Shown one piece after another: positions 62,710-64,000 of a stretch of 64,000 nucleotides of DNA. Below the pieces are notes generated by a model. The model had not been told where the DNA came from. It saw only the letters and a program-made list of their open reading frames with translations, and searched no databases. Source of the DNA: Malacoraja senta. Its lineage: Eukaryota. Positions within the stretch are counted from its first letter, which is position 1, and each line of letters opens with the position of its first letter. The DNA is taken from the NCBI GenBank assembly GCA_038087875.1, contig CM075992.1:870001-934000 (forward strand), written 5' to 3'. A program made the translations under genes and the position numbers.

Positions 62710-64000
62710 AACAATCTAGCTCCGCCCATTGACGGCCTCCACAGCCTCCTGTGGCAATGAATTTCACAGATTCAACACCCTCCGAGTAAAGAAATTCCTC
62801 CTCATCTACTTCCTAAAGGAACGTCCTTTAATTCTGAGCCCATGCCCTCTGGTCCTAGACTCTCCCACTAGTGGAAACATCCTCTCCACATCCACTCTAT
62901 CCAAGCCTTTCACTATTCAGTAAGTTTCAATGAGGTTCCCCCTCATCCTTCTAAACTCCAGCGAGTACAAGACCCAGTGCTGTCAAACGCTCATCATAAG
63001 TTAACCTAGTCATTCCTGGGATCATTCATGTAAACCTCCTCTGGACCCTCGCGAAAGCCAGCATATCCTCAGATTCAGTATTCAATTCTTGAATCTAGAT
63101 TAACTTGATTTTTACACTAGTCCCACCCCCCCCCCCCACCATCCCTCCAAACCTGTCCTATCCATATACTTATCTAAATGTTTCTTAAGCGTTGGGATAG
63201 TCCCAGCCACAACTACCACTCTGGCAACTCACTCCATACACCCACCACCCTTTGTGTGAAAATGTTATCTCTCAGATTCCCATTAAATCTTTTCCCCTTC
63301 ACCTATGTCCTCATGTGCTCAAATCCCCTACTCTGTGCATCTACCCAATCTATTCCTCTCATGATTTTATACACCTCTACAATATCACCTCATCCTCCTG
63401 CGCTCCAAGGAAGAGTCCTAGCCTACTCAACCTCTCCCTGTAGCTCAGACCTTCGTGTCCTGGCAACATCCTCGTAAATCTTCTCTGTACCCTTTCCAGC
63501 TTGACAACATCTTTCCAATAACATGGTGCTCAGAACTGAACACAATACTCTAAATGTGGCCTTACCAACGTCATTGGGGAGAAGGCAGGAGAATGGGGTT
63601 GAGAGGTAAAGATAGATCAGCCATAATTGAATCGCAGAGTACACGATGGGCCAAATAGCCTAAGTCTGCTTCCATATCTTATGATCATAAGCAGGAAATG
63701 CCACATCTCAAACATCTCCTACCTTCACTAGTTTGGGGTTCAGGCTGATGGCAAGTCCCCTGATCACGCACAGCAGGATGTCTCTGGAAAGAGGAAATAC
63801 TTAGTTTAGTTTAGAGATACAGCAAGGAAACAGGCCCTTCAGCCCACACCGACCATCTGTTCACACTAGTTCCATGTTATCCCACTTTCGCATCCACTCC
63901 CTACACACTTATTTATAAAGGTCAGTTGATCTGCAAACCCGCACATCTTGGGATGTGGGAGGAAACAGGCGCTTCTGCCCATGGAGCTCGCGCTGACCAG

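Overview
Repeat-rich vertebrate genomic DNA. The repeat families (HE1-type V-SINEs, HER1/CR1 LINE 3' ends, Penelope-like termini, Rex/Babar LINEs) point to a cartilaginous fish, probably a skate or ray; this is an inference. Three intron-containing genes lie on the minus strand, read by hand from GT-AG boundaries and recalled human orthologue sequences. (1) COLGALT1-type collagen beta(1-O)galactosyltransferase, exons 2-10 (15883 to 773), with a +1 homopolymer frameshift in exon 7. (2) A Niban/FAM129 gene most like NIBAN3, exons 1-8 (46885 to 27464). (3) A SAMD1/SAMD13-family SAM-domain gene, 3 coding exons (55985 to 53041), with a CpG-island promoter-like region at ~61.1-62.1 kb. COLGALT1 exon 1 and the 3' half of the Niban gene were not found and probably lie in the 200-N gap at 25799-25998. 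A tRNA-Phe(GAA) gene sits in COLGALT1 intron 2. Notable non-genic features: many Penelope-derived termini with a minimal hammerhead-ribozyme-like core; a recurring pattern of fold-back or locally templated inverted duplications at retroelement ends, including a ~1.3 kb palindrome; and a 93-bp CCAAT/GC-box minisatellite in the CpG island. Most ORFs in the supplied track are repeat-derived noise. I found no convincing wholly novel protein-coding system.
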